Positions 18,884-28,070 of a DNA stretch of 64,000 nucleotides are shown in pieces. The DNA is taken from positions 3,456,001 to 3,520,000 of the forward strand of contig CAWEEQ010000004.1 in the NCBI GenBank assembly GCA_963808235.1, written 5' to 3'. This DNA is from an uncultured delta proteobacterium. GTDB lineage: Bacteria > Desulfobacterota > Binatia > Binatales > Binataceae. Numbering within the stretch: the stretch's first letter is position 1; every line of letters starts with the position of its first letter. The translations under genes were made by a program, and so were the position numbers. The notes beneath the pieces are model-generated. The model saw only the letters and a list, made by a program, of their open reading frames with translations. It was not told where the DNA came from and made no database searches.

Positions 18884-20173
18884 GTGTCTGACCTGTACTC
18901 ACTGTCGGATGAAGCGTTGCTCGATCGAATCCAGCGCGCGGCCTTCGGCTATTTTCTTAGAACATTCAACCCCAGCAACGGACTGATCGCGGATACGACC
19001 AGGGCTGGTTCGCCGTCGAGCATCGCCGCGGTGGGATTCGCGCTGTCGTCCTATCCGGTGGCGGTTGAGCGCGGATGGATGACGCGGGAGGACGCCGCGC
19101 AACGCGCTGTGACGACGATGCGTTTTTTTTGGACGAGCGCGCAGAACGATAGCGCGAATTCGACCGGCTACCAGGGCTTCTACTATCACTTCCTTGATAT
19201 GCGCAGTGGCGAGCGCGTTTGGCAATCGGAGCTGTCGCTGATCGATACGGCGTTGTTGCTCGCCGGAGTACTAATGGCGGGCGCTTACTTTTCCGGAAGC
19301 ACGCAGAGCGAAATCGAGATTCGCGAACTGGCCGATTCGCTGTATCTGCGGGTTGATTGGAAATGGGCGCAGATCAACGAGACCACGCTTTCGCAGGGAT
19401 GGAAGCCGGAATGCGGGTTTCTACATTACGGTTGGGAAGGCTATAACGAGGCGGCAATACTCTATGTATTGGGGCTCGCGTCGCCGACTCATCCACTGCC
19501 GCCAAGTAGCTATTCGTCATGGACTTCGACTTACCAATGGGAAGACCTATACGGCCAGGAGTTTCTCTACGCAGGCCCGCTGTTTATTCATCAATTCTCA
19601 CATGCCTGGATTGACTTCAGGGGCATCCAGGATCAATTCATGCGAGAGAAGGGAATTGACTATTTTGAAAACAGCCGGCGCGCGTCCTACGTTCAGCGCG
19701 AGTATGCATTGCGCAATCCGCACGAATTTGAAGGGTATGAGAGAAATTGCTGGGGTCTTTCTGCCGGCGCCGGCCCTGGCGACCGCGTACTCAGAGTAAA
19801 CAAGAGAGCGCGGCGCTTCTTCGGCTATTCCGCCCGCGGCGTGCCGTACGGACCGGACGACGGAACTATCGCGCCGTCGGCGACGCTCGCGTCGATTCCA
19901 TTTGCGCCGGCGATCGCGATGCCCGCGATACGACATCTGTTCGATCGATATCCGGGAATGGCGCCTGAATATATGTTGCCTAGTGGCTTGAATCCCACCT
20001 TTGACGGCGACGGCGGCTGCTGGACGACTACGGACTATTTCGGGCTCGACCAGGGCATCATAGTAATGATGATCGAGAACTATCGCTCGCAACTCATCTG
20101 GAACCTGATGCGCCAGTGTCCTTACATCAAGATGGGGCTGCATCGCGCAGGGTTCACTGGTGGATGGTTGTGA
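18884..20173 (+). CDS. Glucoamylase-family protein (GH144/NdvB-like, putative endo-beta-1,2-glucanase)
   Basis: SSIAAVGFAL, GFYYHFLDM, ELSLIDTALL, GPLFIHQFSHAWIDFRGI, DDGTIAP, GLDQG. Confidence 0.85.
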   Translation: MSDLYSLSDEALLDRIQRAAFGYFLRTFNPSNGLIADTTRAGSPSSIAAVGFALSSYPVAVERGWMTREDAAQRAVTTMRFFWTSAQNDSANSTGYQGFYYHFLDMRSGERVWQSELSLIDTALLLAGVLMAGAYFSGSTQSEIEIRELADSLYLRVDWKWAQINETTLSQGWKPECGFLHYGWEGYNEAAILYVLGLASPTHPLPPSSYSSWTSTYQWEDLYGQEFLYAGPLFIHQFSHAWIDFRGIQDQFMREKGIDYFENSRRASYVQREYALRNPHEFEGYERNCWGLSAGAGPGDRVLRVNKRARRFFGYSARGVPYGPDDGTIAPSATLASIPFAPAIAMPAIRHLFDRYPGMAPEYMLPSGLNPTFDGDGGCWTTTDYFGLDQGIIVMMIENYRSQLIWNLMRQCPYIKMGLHRAGFTGGWL

Positions 20174-20203
20174 AGCGCGCTTCGCGTTTGGCCAGGGCGA
20201 TCA

Positions 20204-21730
20204 ATGGATCAAAATAATTTCACGCGGCTGATGTTGCCTGACGAATCTTACAACGATGCGTTGATCGAAAACGCGCATCCGCCTGGCTGGAGAAATCCCA
20301 CGCCTCGCGACAAATACAACCTGGTGATCGTTGGAGCTGGTCCGGCCGGAATGCTCACGGCTCGGGTGGCGGCAACGACGGGCGCCAGAGTTGCACTTAT
20401 CGAACGCGATCTGCTGGGCGGCGCATGTATCAACGTCGGATGCATCCCTTCGAAAGCTATTATTCGAACTTCACGTTTGTACGCCGAGATGCGCAACGCT
20501 GAAAATTTTGGCGCGCAGGTACCCAGCGATATCAAGGTCGATTTTCCGGCTACGATGGAACGGCTGCGGCGTATCCGCGCGCGTCTGAGCCGCTTTCGCG
20601 GTTCGGCTGAGCGACTCACTTCGTTCGGCGTGGATGTGTATTTCGGTGAGGCGCGGTTTGCCGGGGCCAACGCGATCGAGGTGGACAACAAACTGCTCCG
20701 CTTCAAGAGAGCACTTATCGCTACCGGCGCGCGGCCGAAATTACCGCCGATTCCCGGACTGGCAGAGGCCGGCTATTTGACGAACGAAAATGTTTTTGAC
20801 TTGGTCGAGTGTCCGCGCCGACTGCTGGTGATCGGCGGCGGTCCCTTGGGGTGCGAATTGGCGCAAGCGTTCTCTAGGCAGGGAGCGCAAGTGACTATCG
20901 TGCAGGACGAACCGATGTTCCTGACCAACGAGGAGCGCGATGCGGCGCAAATACTTTCCGACGCGCTGGCACGCGATGGTATCGCGGTTCATCTCAACAC
21001 GCAGGTGGTGCAAGTGCGCATGCAGGGTAAGGAGAAGATCGCCGACCTACGTACAGATGCCGACTCGAGCACGGTGACTGCCGATGAAATCCTGGTCGGG
21101 ATCGGCAGCGTGCCGAACGTGGAAGGCATGAACCTCGAAGCGGCCGGCGTCGACTACAGCAGTGACGATGGAATTCCAATCAACGATTTCCTGCAGACCA
21201 GCAACCCGCGAATCTACGCTGCCGGCGACGTCTGCTCGGAGCACAAATTCCCGCATATCGAGACTCCGGCGGCGCGCATCGTGGTTCAGAACGCACTATT
21301 TTTCGGACGCAAGCGACTGAGCGCATTGGCGATCCCGTGGTGCACCTATACCGATCCGGAAATTGCGCATATCGGCTTGTATGTGAGAGAGGCTCGCGAG
21401 AAGAACATTCCGGTGAAAACGTTCACCGTGATGATGCATGAGGTGGACCGCGCGATCCTGGACGGAGAAGAAGAAGGTTTCGTGAAGATCCACGTCAGAG
21501 AAGGCACCGACAAAATTCTGGGCGCCACGGTGGTCGCCAGTCACGCCGGTGAGATGATCAGCGAACTATCAACTGCGATGACCTCAGGAATCGGTCTCGG
21601 CGCGTTGGCGGAGATCAATCATCCTTATCCAACCCAGGGGCAGGCAATAAAGATGGCTGCCGACGCTTACAACGACACGCGCATGACGCCGGCGAAAAGA
21701 TGGATGCTGAAACAGTGGCTGTCGCTATAA
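20204..21730 (+). CDS. Pyridine nucleotide-disulfide oxidoreductase (mercuric-reductase/LpdA-like, no C-terminal Cys pair)
   Basis: GAGPAG, GGACINVGCIPSK redox dithiol, IGGGPLGCE, YAAGDV, HPYPT. Confidence 0.88.
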   Translation: MDQNNFTRLMLPDESYNDALIENAHPPGWRNPTPRDKYNLVIVGAGPAGMLTARVAATTGARVALIERDLLGGACINVGCIPSKAIIRTSRLYAEMRNAENFGAQVPSDIKVDFPATMERLRRIRARLSRFRGSAERLTSFGVDVYFGEARFAGANAIEVDNKLLRFKRALIATGARPKLPPIPGLAEAGYLTNENVFDLVECPRRLLVIGGGPLGCELAQAFSRQGAQVTIVQDEPMFLTNEERDAAQILSDALARDGIAVHLNTQVVQVRMQGKEKIADLRTDADSSTVTADEILVGIGSVPNVEGMNLEAAGVDYSSDDGIPINDFLQTSNPRIYAAGDVCSEHKFPHIETPAARIVVQNALFFGRKRLSALAIPWCTYTDPEIAHIGLYVREAREKNIPVKTFTVMMHEVDRAILDGEEEGFVKIHVREGTDKILGATVVASHAGEMISELSTAMTSGIGLGALAEINHPYPTQGQAIKMAADAYNDTRMTPAKRWMLKQWLSL

Positions 21731-21740
21731 GTGTGAACGA

Positions 21741-22509
21741 TCAACTACTGCTCTTACGCGCGACGATGATCATGCGGCGAGTATCGATCGAGTAAGGCTC
21801 GCTATCGAATCCGCCGAACACCGCGCTTACGATAAGGCCGACGCGTGCAAGCAGCCGAGTCATCTCGGTGAGAGTGTAGAGGCGGATGATGTGGCCGATC
21901 GATTCGCGCCGTTTTCCGTTCGGATCGATCACGATAAAATGGACGTGCATGCGACTGGTCGCGAGGTCAAGGTCGCGGCGCTCGACGTACAAGGTGTTAT
22001 CGGCTCCGGTATGCCAGTCGTTCTGGATATAGTTGGCGACCGCCCACTCGCGGTTGAGCATATCGAGCATCAATCGTCCGCGCGGAGTTTAACGCCCTGG
22101 CTGCCGATTCGAGAACTTTCAAATCCTTCGCTTCGGATTCCAGGTAGCCGAACGAGGAATACATGTTCACGATCGCGTCGAAGGTGTTTACGAAAGGGAT
22201 TTCACGCATATCGGCGGTCACAGTCTCGAGCGGGACCTTGCTCGCTTCCGCGGCGCGCCGCGCGAGTTCGATATATTCGGGATTAAGATCGAGCGCGGTT
22301 ACCCGGAGTCCGCGCTTCGCCAACTCGACGGCATGACGTCCCTGTCCGCAGCAAAGGTCGAGTACCGACGCATCCTGTTTCAGGTCGAGGACACTCGCGG
22401 CGAACCCGGCCTCCTTCTGAGCCCGCTCGGCGGTGAACGTGTGCGCGTAGACCTCCAAGTAGTCATTGCGGAAGAAGTCCACGTACCATGCCGGTCCATC
22501 CGTTGTCAT
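21741..22509 (-). CDS. Class I SAM-dependent methyltransferase (one frameshift ~22085)
   Basis: VLDLCCGQGRHA, DMREIPF, YSSFGY; C-terminus LDMLNRE...IRLYTLTE in ORF 21741..22073. Confidence 0.85.
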
Positions 22510-22626
22510 TGCGCTCCCTCGATGAGTCGATGAAGATCGCACAAGCGGCTCGCAAGATCGAGTCTCGATTCTTTCGCTGGTTAAGAGAGTGATAGAGTGG
22601 CTCGGACGCGAAACGGAGAGTTCAGC

Positions 22627-23277
22627 TTGGACAAGATAGCAGTACTGGCGAGCGGCGGGCTCGACAGCTCGGTGCTGGTCGCGGTGCTCGCGAAGAGCGC
22701 GGAGGTCTATCCGGTCTACGTGCGATGCGGTCTCAAGTGGGAAGCATTGGAGCTCGCCGGGCTTGAGTCTTTCCTTGCCGCGCTCGAGAACCCGAACGTG
22801 ATGCCGCTGACGGTGCTCTCGATTCCAACCGCGGCCATTTACGGCGACCATTGGAGCGTTACCGGTGCGCGCGTGCCTGATGCTGATGCGCCGGACGAGG
22901 AGGTGTTCATCCCAGGGCGGAACATTCTGCTGCTTGGCCTTACCGCCGTATGGTGCAGCACTCGCGGTATTTCGCGGATAGTGATCGGATCGCTCGGTGG
23001 AAATCCCTTTCCCGATGCGACGGCGGACTTTTTCGAGAGTTACTCGCGCACACTTAGTGTCGGACTTGGGCGCGAGGTTAAAGTCGAAGCGCCGTTCAGA
23101 GGGTTTCATAAAGAAGACATCATAAGACAGTACAAAGACCTGCCGCTTGAACTGACTTTGACCTGCATGGCGCCGAGCGAAGGCAGAGTGCATTGCGGAC
23201 AATGCAATAAGTGCCGCGAGCGGCAACTAGCATTTCGGAAGGCGAGCGCCACAGATCATACCAAGTATGCTCGCTAG
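22627..23277 (+). CDS. queC: 7-cyano-7-deazaguanine synthase (QueC)-like PP-loop ATPase
   Basis: SGGLDS PP-loop, FIPGRN, FPDAT, TC...HCGQCNKCRER Zn motif; GGAGAG SD before TTG. Confidence 0.8.
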   Translation: MDKIAVLASGGLDSSVLVAVLAKSAEVYPVYVRCGLKWEALELAGLESFLAALENPNVMPLTVLSIPTAAIYGDHWSVTGARVPDADAPDEEVFIPGRNILLLGLTAVWCSTRGISRIVIGSLGGNPFPDATADFFESYSRTLSVGLGREVKVEAPFRGFHKEDIIRQYKDLPLELTLTCMAPSEGRVHCGQCNKCRERQLAFRKASATDHTKYAR

Positions 23278-23286
23278 AAGCAGGTT

Positions 23287-24273
23287 ATGAGATACGCTAC
23301 CAAACTCCTGGGTATCGCCTTGCTGCTGGTTCACGTAAGCCTGCTTGTTGGCTGTAATACCCATCCTGGTAGCGCGCCACCTTCCCAGGGATTCAGAGTC
23401 GCGCTGCTCACACCTGGATCGATCAGCGACGCGGGATGGAATGCGGCTGCCTTCAATGGATTGCAGCTCATCAAGAGTAAGCTCGGCGCAGAAACCGCCC
23501 TGGTGCAGACCAAATCGCCCGCTGACTTCGAAGATGCTTTCCGTGACTTTGCGTCGCGCGGATTCGACATCGTCTTCGCGCACGGGTTTGAGTACACGGA
23601 CGCAGCACTCGAAGTAGCCAAACAGTTTCCCAACACCTACTTCGTAGTAAGTAGTGGCAGTGCGTCGTCTCATAACGTGGCATCAATCACCTTCAACGTT
23701 GACCAGGCTACCTATGTCGAAGGTGTTCTTGCCGGCGGTGTTTCGAAAACAGGAGTGGTAGGTGCCATAGGTGGGATTGAACTACCCTCGATTAGACTGA
23801 CCTTTGAAGGATTCAAGCGCGGCTTTCTTTCGGTGCAACCTAAAGGCCGAGTGCTGACCAGCTATACTGGCAATTTCGACGATGTAGGTGCGGCCAAGGA
23901 GGCAGCCTTGTCGCAGATCAGCCAGGGCGCCGACGTGCTTATCCACGACGCGGACGCGGCGGGTCTCGGCGTTTTCGTAGCAGCCTCGCAGGCGCATGTT
24001 TTCGCGTTTGGAACGTTTAACGATCAAAACAACATTGCGCCCGACGTCGTGCTGGCGAGTGCGGTGACCTCGACGCCGCTGGCCTTCCTGAAGATCGCAA
24101 CCGAGGTGAAGAACAAGCAGTTTCATCCGGGGATGCTAGAGTTCGGAATGCAGGACGGGATGGTGAACGTGGTGTTCAATCCCAAGCTCGAGTCGCGGAT
24201 TCCGCCGGCTGCGCTGGAACGCGCGCGCCAGGCGGAGCACGACCTCGCGACCGGCGCCCCGACTACGAAGTAG
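23287..24273 (+). CDS. BMP family lipoprotein (nucleoside ABC transporter substrate-binding, PnrA/TmpC-like)
   Basis: Lipobox LVGC, GSISDAGWNAAAFNGL, AHGFEY, YTGNFDD...KEAA, GADV. Confidence 0.88.
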   Translation: MRYATKLLGIALLLVHVSLLVGCNTHPGSAPPSQGFRVALLTPGSISDAGWNAAAFNGLQLIKSKLGAETALVQTKSPADFEDAFRDFASRGFDIVFAHGFEYTDAALEVAKQFPNTYFVVSSGSASSHNVASITFNVDQATYVEGVLAGGVSKTGVVGAIGGIELPSIRLTFEGFKRGFLSVQPKGRVLTSYTGNFDDVGAAKEAALSQISQGADVLIHDADAAGLGVFVAASQAHVFAFGTFNDQNNIAPDVVLASAVTSTPLAFLKIATEVKNKQFHPGMLEFGMQDGMVNVVFNPKLESRIPPAALERARQAEHDLATGAPTTK

Positions 24274-24338
24274 CACCCCCTAGCGCGATGCGTAATGGCG
24301 GACGTCGTCCTGCCAGCGAGCGCCGATTACCAGGATCA

Positions 24339-24608
24339 TCACCTATTGATCGAGATTCGCGTCGTGGCTGAGGCTCCGAACCGAGCCGCCGCCTTCCAGG
24401 GCGAGTACTTTGTACGCGGCCTGGGCCTCGCGTGCAAATTCGTTCGAAGCGCTCGTGCCCCTCTTCGAGTACATCGACAGCTTCGCCACAGGGCCGCCGC
24501 GAACGACGCCTCGGAGACTCGCCACCTGGATGCGTTGCTGATCGAATAGAGGCGATGAATTGTATCGCGGTAATTTTCGAGAAAATTTTCCAGCAACGTC
24601 GCCGCCAT
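24339..24608 (-). pseudogene. Gene remnant, possibly the N-terminus of an ECF-type sigma factor fused to unrelated sequence
   Basis: MAATLLENFLENYRDTIHRLYSISNASRWRVSEASFAAALWRS reads as genuine protein and then degenerates. The family assignment is from memory and weak. Confidence 0.3.
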
Positions 24609-24705
24609 GTGCTCGTCTCAAGCGCCATTCCACGAATCGAGCGCACGCTTATCCTGACCCTGCGCCGGGCGGCTCTTCAAGTAGCGGGCCGGGGCGAAGC
24701 GTGCT

Positions 24706-24799
24706 GAAAGAACGCGCGCCGAGGCGATGTTCACCCCGGCGCGCGTTCCAGTTACTCACGACGCGATGCGCGACTGCGGAACCCGAGTCGCGCATTTTG
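24706..24799. terminator. Pair of GC-rich hairpins, probably terminators
   Basis: GAACGCGCGCCG/CGGCGCGCGTTC (24710-24748, short T tract on minus) and ATGCGCGACT/AGTCGCGCAT (24766-24795, T tract on plus). Confidence 0.6.
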
Positions 24800-24805
24800 G
24801 GGATC

Positions 24806-25594
24806 TCAATGCGGCGCCGTGCCTACTCCGGTGCAAAGACTACCGCCGGGATCAGCCGAAGCGTCGATGTAGATGGTGGAGCGCTCGTAGAAGGCGTCGG
24901 TCGGAGTGGTCGGGGTCAGCGGATTGGGCTGACTCGCGAGCCTGATCTCCACGGTATGGCTGGTGGCGGCGGAATCTGGCGTAATCCGCAGGCAGCATGA
25001 GAACATCACGGTGTTGTCGTGGCAGTCAGCAGAGCCTCCGCCACCGTCGTTGCAATTGTTGGCGGGCCCGGTGGTATCGATGGCGGGATTGGTCGGCAGC
25101 TTGTTCAGCGTCATCCATCCCGGAGGACCGGCGGTGCCGCCGCCGCCTTCCGAAGTCTGCCCGGCCATCGGCTGGCATACGGTGGTGACGGCCGAGGAAT
25201 CGGTGACGTTGGCGCTCAACGAAAGCGCAGCTCCGCCGTGGGTATCACCCTGAGCCGAGAACGTGATGTACACGACGTCAAAGGGAATCGAGAGTGTTTT
25301 CGAGTAGGCCGAAATTCCGCCAGTGCCGCCGGCGATGGGAGGCAGGGTCGTAACGACCTCGTTCGCACCGGTGGAGCTGTTCTGGAACTCCGCCGAGAGC
25401 CGGTGCAAGGAGCTCGCTATCAGGGCCTCGTCAGCTTCAACGCGATCCTCGAGGGCCGGCAGTCCTCCGGCCTGTGATTCTCCGCCGCCGCCGCTACCGC
25501 TGGCGGGTTTCTTGGCGCGCGCGACGAACGGGTAAGAAACGATCATGGCCAATCCGAGGACACCAACTATAGTAAGGGTCTTCGCATTCCTCAT
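24806..25594 (-). CDS. Secreted hypothetical protein (signal peptide, Gly linker, short coiled coil, 6-Cys beta-rich domain)
   Basis: GGAGGT SD; MRNAKTLTIVGVLGLAMIVSYPFVARA signal peptide; LPALEDRVEADEALIA; Thr/Gly/Ser-rich with 6 Cys. Confidence 0.8.
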   Translation of the reverse strand: MRNAKTLTIVGVLGLAMIVSYPFVARAKKPASGSGGGGESQAGGLPALEDRVEADEALIASSLHRLSAEFQNSSTGANEVVTTLPPIAGGTGGISAYSKTLSIPFDVVYITFSAQGDTHGGAALSLSANVTDSSAVTTVCQPMAGQTSEGGGGTAGPPGWMTLNKLPTNPAIDTTGPANNCNDGGGGSADCHDNTVMFSCCLRITPDSAATSHTVEIRLASQPNPLTPTTPTDAFYERSTIYIDASADPGGSLCTGVGTAPH

Positions 25595-25624
25595 GAGATT
25601 GAATACCTCCGCAAGTCGAACTGT

Positions 25625-25832
25625 AATTCGAGGGCGGTAAACCCTCGGCGCACGTTTAGAGGAACAACACGCAGAGACCTGGCGCCCGCGGTCTCCACCG
25701 AAGCTTTGTTTGCGCGGGCTATGGGAGCGTTCGCGGCGGCGCTCGCGCATCAGCCCGGAAGTGGCTAGCGATGGACGGAACCGGCATTTGCACTTGCCCC
25801 CGGTTGGGGCCCGACCCACAAGAACAAAGCGA
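25625..25832 (-). ncRNA. Candidate structured 5' leader (unclassified)
   Basis: Long-range GCTTTGTT/AACAAAGC stem enclosing internal hairpins, plus further hairpins before the SD. Confidence 0.3.
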
Positions 25833-26088
25833 TAGGTCTGTCCTACAAATTGGCTATCTCATCGGTCCCTCTGCTAAGTCAAGCAAAGGTGCGATCGGGC
25901 GGGTTAAATTTCGATGATCGAAGAGAGTTCGCGCTTCTTGATGGGTTTAAGTATGAACATGCGCACTTGCGAGTTGTTGGCGAAGTTCTAACAAGGCCGC
26001 ATGCACTGCGGTCGCCATCTTTATGGCGCCGTGCTCGTCGCTCAGAAATTTGTCGGATTGGAGCCGCCAGCCTTCGCGTTCTTCGGCT

Positions 26089-26883
26089 TCAGATGTCGTA
26101 TTCGTTAAGCAGCGCTCTACGCAGGTTCGCGTAGTGAATCATCCCGGCGAGGTACCGCAATTTTATAAGCGCGGGAATACGCGCATCGAGATCGAGGCCG
26201 TAACGACTTTGAACGTACCTGCTCACTCTCGCGAACATCGGCTCGGGGAGTTCCGCGCGCTCAGACGGTCTGCTTTCGATCTCGAACATCTTTCGCGCCA
26301 CGTCACAGGGAAAGGCGCCCAAACTGACCAGACAGTCTGCGGCCAACTCAGCCGGATCGTCGAGATGCTCTGCATAAGCAGTGTAGGTCAGGTAATGGGA
26401 GTGGTCTTCCTGCGAAGCAAAAAGCTCGGCGGTCAGGTGATGACCCATCTCATGGGAGAACGCGACTCCGACCGCGGTCGGATGATGTGCGGTGTTCACG
26501 TAAATCAGCGGACGCCTGGAAGGGCCCAACTTCCCGGCGTAGAAGCCCATCAGCGAAAGTCCTTGCGTCCCGCCAAAGTTCGCGAGCTTGAAATCGACTC
26601 CCAGGCTCGACCATCGCCTGGTGAATTCGCGCGGCGCCACCAAGCGCAGCGGTTCGCGGTTAAGATGCGGCCAAACCACACGCCGCGCCTCGGCGACGAT
26701 CTCCACGACTTCGCTACGGCCGAGAGCTCTACGCAGCGCCAGTCCGTAATCATGGTGCGCTAACGACTCGATCTCCCGGACGTAGTTCCGGGATGCGTGC
26801 GATCGCCGGTCCGCACGCCCGCCTACATCGAGAATCTCAGTGGCCAGCCCCTTGAGAAATGAGACGCGTTTCTTCGTCGCCGT
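26089..26883 (-). CDS. ImmA/IrrE-like (DUF955) Zn metallopeptidase, apparent ACG start
   Basis: PLIYVN, AFSHEMGHH (HExxH) and ELAAD third ligand. The frame is open for 59 codons upstream of the GTG at 26706, up to ACG-GCG-ACG-AAG-AAA behind GAGGGGG. Confidence 0.75.
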   Translation of the reverse strand, partial: TATKKRVSFLKGLATEILDVGGRADRRSHASRNYVREIESLAHHDYGLALRRALGRSEVVEIVAEARRVVWPHLNREPLRLVAPREFTRRWSSLGVDFKLANFGGTQGLSLMGFYAGKLGPSRRPLIYVNTAHHPTAVGVAFSHEMGHHLTAELFASQEDHSHYLTYTAYAEHLDDPAELAADCLVSLGAFPCDVARKMFEIESRPSERAELPEPMFARVSRYVQSRYGLDLDARIPALIKLRYLAGMIHYANLRRALLNEYDI

Positions 26884-27226
26884 GCCCCCTCAAATCGCCA
26901 AAAATTAACTCGTAGTTTAGTAGAACGCGCAGATTGTAGCAAGTTCTCGCATCTAAGCCAAATCGCACCGTTATGCCCTCCATATCGCGATGAGCTAGGT
27001 CTACGGACATCGGCTCGATGACTTTCTGTTAGCAAAGTCGCGGGAACAAATAGTCCGCGCAATGACCATCGAATGAGCGTGCGACCATCTTCCATTCGGG
27101 TTGGCGATGTTGATCGGAACGTCGCGCCGCGGCGAGTGCGTGGACCTCCGGCCGGCGTTGCGGCAGTTCCGCGTCGATCCCCAACAACATCGTTTCGTAT
27201 TCACCTCGAAAAGGGAGTTTTCGAAA

Positions 27227-27934
27227 ATGGAAATGCGTCAATTGAATACCGCGCGTGAGCGAGAAATTTTCGCCCAGCGCCTGGACGAGGCTCGAACCAA
27301 AAACGGCGCCAGCTTCAGGGACGTGCAGCGCACCCGGACCCATAACCGTCTGCGACTCCAGTCATCAAATGTCTACGCGCTGTTCGAGGTACAATCCGCG
27401 CCGGCGGCGCGCATGGTGGCCGGAGCTGCGCTCCACGACCTCGAGCAGTTTCCGCAGAGCTGTCATCAGCCGGATCTTTCTCATCTGCCGCCTGGATCGG
27501 TGCTCGAGTGCGGCGATCACTGGTCGCTATCGCGTGGCGCCGGGATGCATTCGTGGCGCGGTATCGCGGTTCAGTTGCTTCATCGAGAACCCAGCGCGGT
27601 GCTGGTGTACCTGGCCGCGGGACCATCCAATCATTGCGGATTTTATTCAGCAATGGGCTTCGTGAAAGCGGGGGAGATTGTCGAGCATCCGTACCTGGAA
27701 GGCCCCGACGACGGAAAGCTATGGGTGCAGCCGATGCTCCTGGCCGGTGAGGTGCTGGCACGGATGATCGCGTCGGTGCGGACGCAATCGGTCGACGTTT
27801 TGGACAATTACCGGATCATTCGGTTCGACAATTCGGACCGGCTGCGGCCGTTTTCGCGTTGCGAAACGAATCCGGCGATCGAAGCCGGAGGTCACGGCGC
27901 AGCGCCGGAATCGAACGCCCAACTCAGCGCTTGA
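27227..27934 (+). CDS. Putative GNAT-fold acyltransferase (LuxI/FeeM-like topology)
   Basis: AGGGAG SD. VYALFE...MVAGAALH, VLECGDHWSLSRGAG, AVLVYL and GFYSAMGFVKAGE follow the GNAT motif order. The family call is an inference. Confidence 0.55.
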   Translation: MEMRQLNTAREREIFAQRLDEARTKNGASFRDVQRTRTHNRLRLQSSNVYALFEVQSAPAARMVAGAALHDLEQFPQSCHQPDLSHLPPGSVLECGDHWSLSRGAGMHSWRGIAVQLLHREPSAVLVYLAAGPSNHCGFYSAMGFVKAGEIVEHPYLEGPDDGKLWVQPMLLAGEVLARMIASVRTQSVDVLDNYRIIRFDNSDRLRPFSRCETNPAIEAGGHGAAPESNAQLSA

Positions 27935-28070
27935 GAAATCACCGATGCGCCTTGGATGAGTCCCGAATTGCCGACGCGAAGGCTTTCGCGTCTCTTTCGA
28001 CGCAGCCCGCGAAACACTTGATCGTCAATCCCGACGACGATCGAGCCAACCACCCAAACGAGGAAGAATC

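Noticed and set aside
20204-21730. merA mercury resistance
   Set aside because: No C-terminal Cys-Cys pair, no metal-binding N-domain and no merR/T/P.
22627-23277. QatC or Dpd anti-phage/DNA-modification system
   Set aside because: Short canonical QueC length, and no qatA/B/D, TatD or dpdA neighbours.
26089-26883. Prophage/ICE ImmA-ImmR switch or CBASS CapP-CapH
   Set aside because: No XRE/HTH partner, integrase, phage or CBASS genes nearby.
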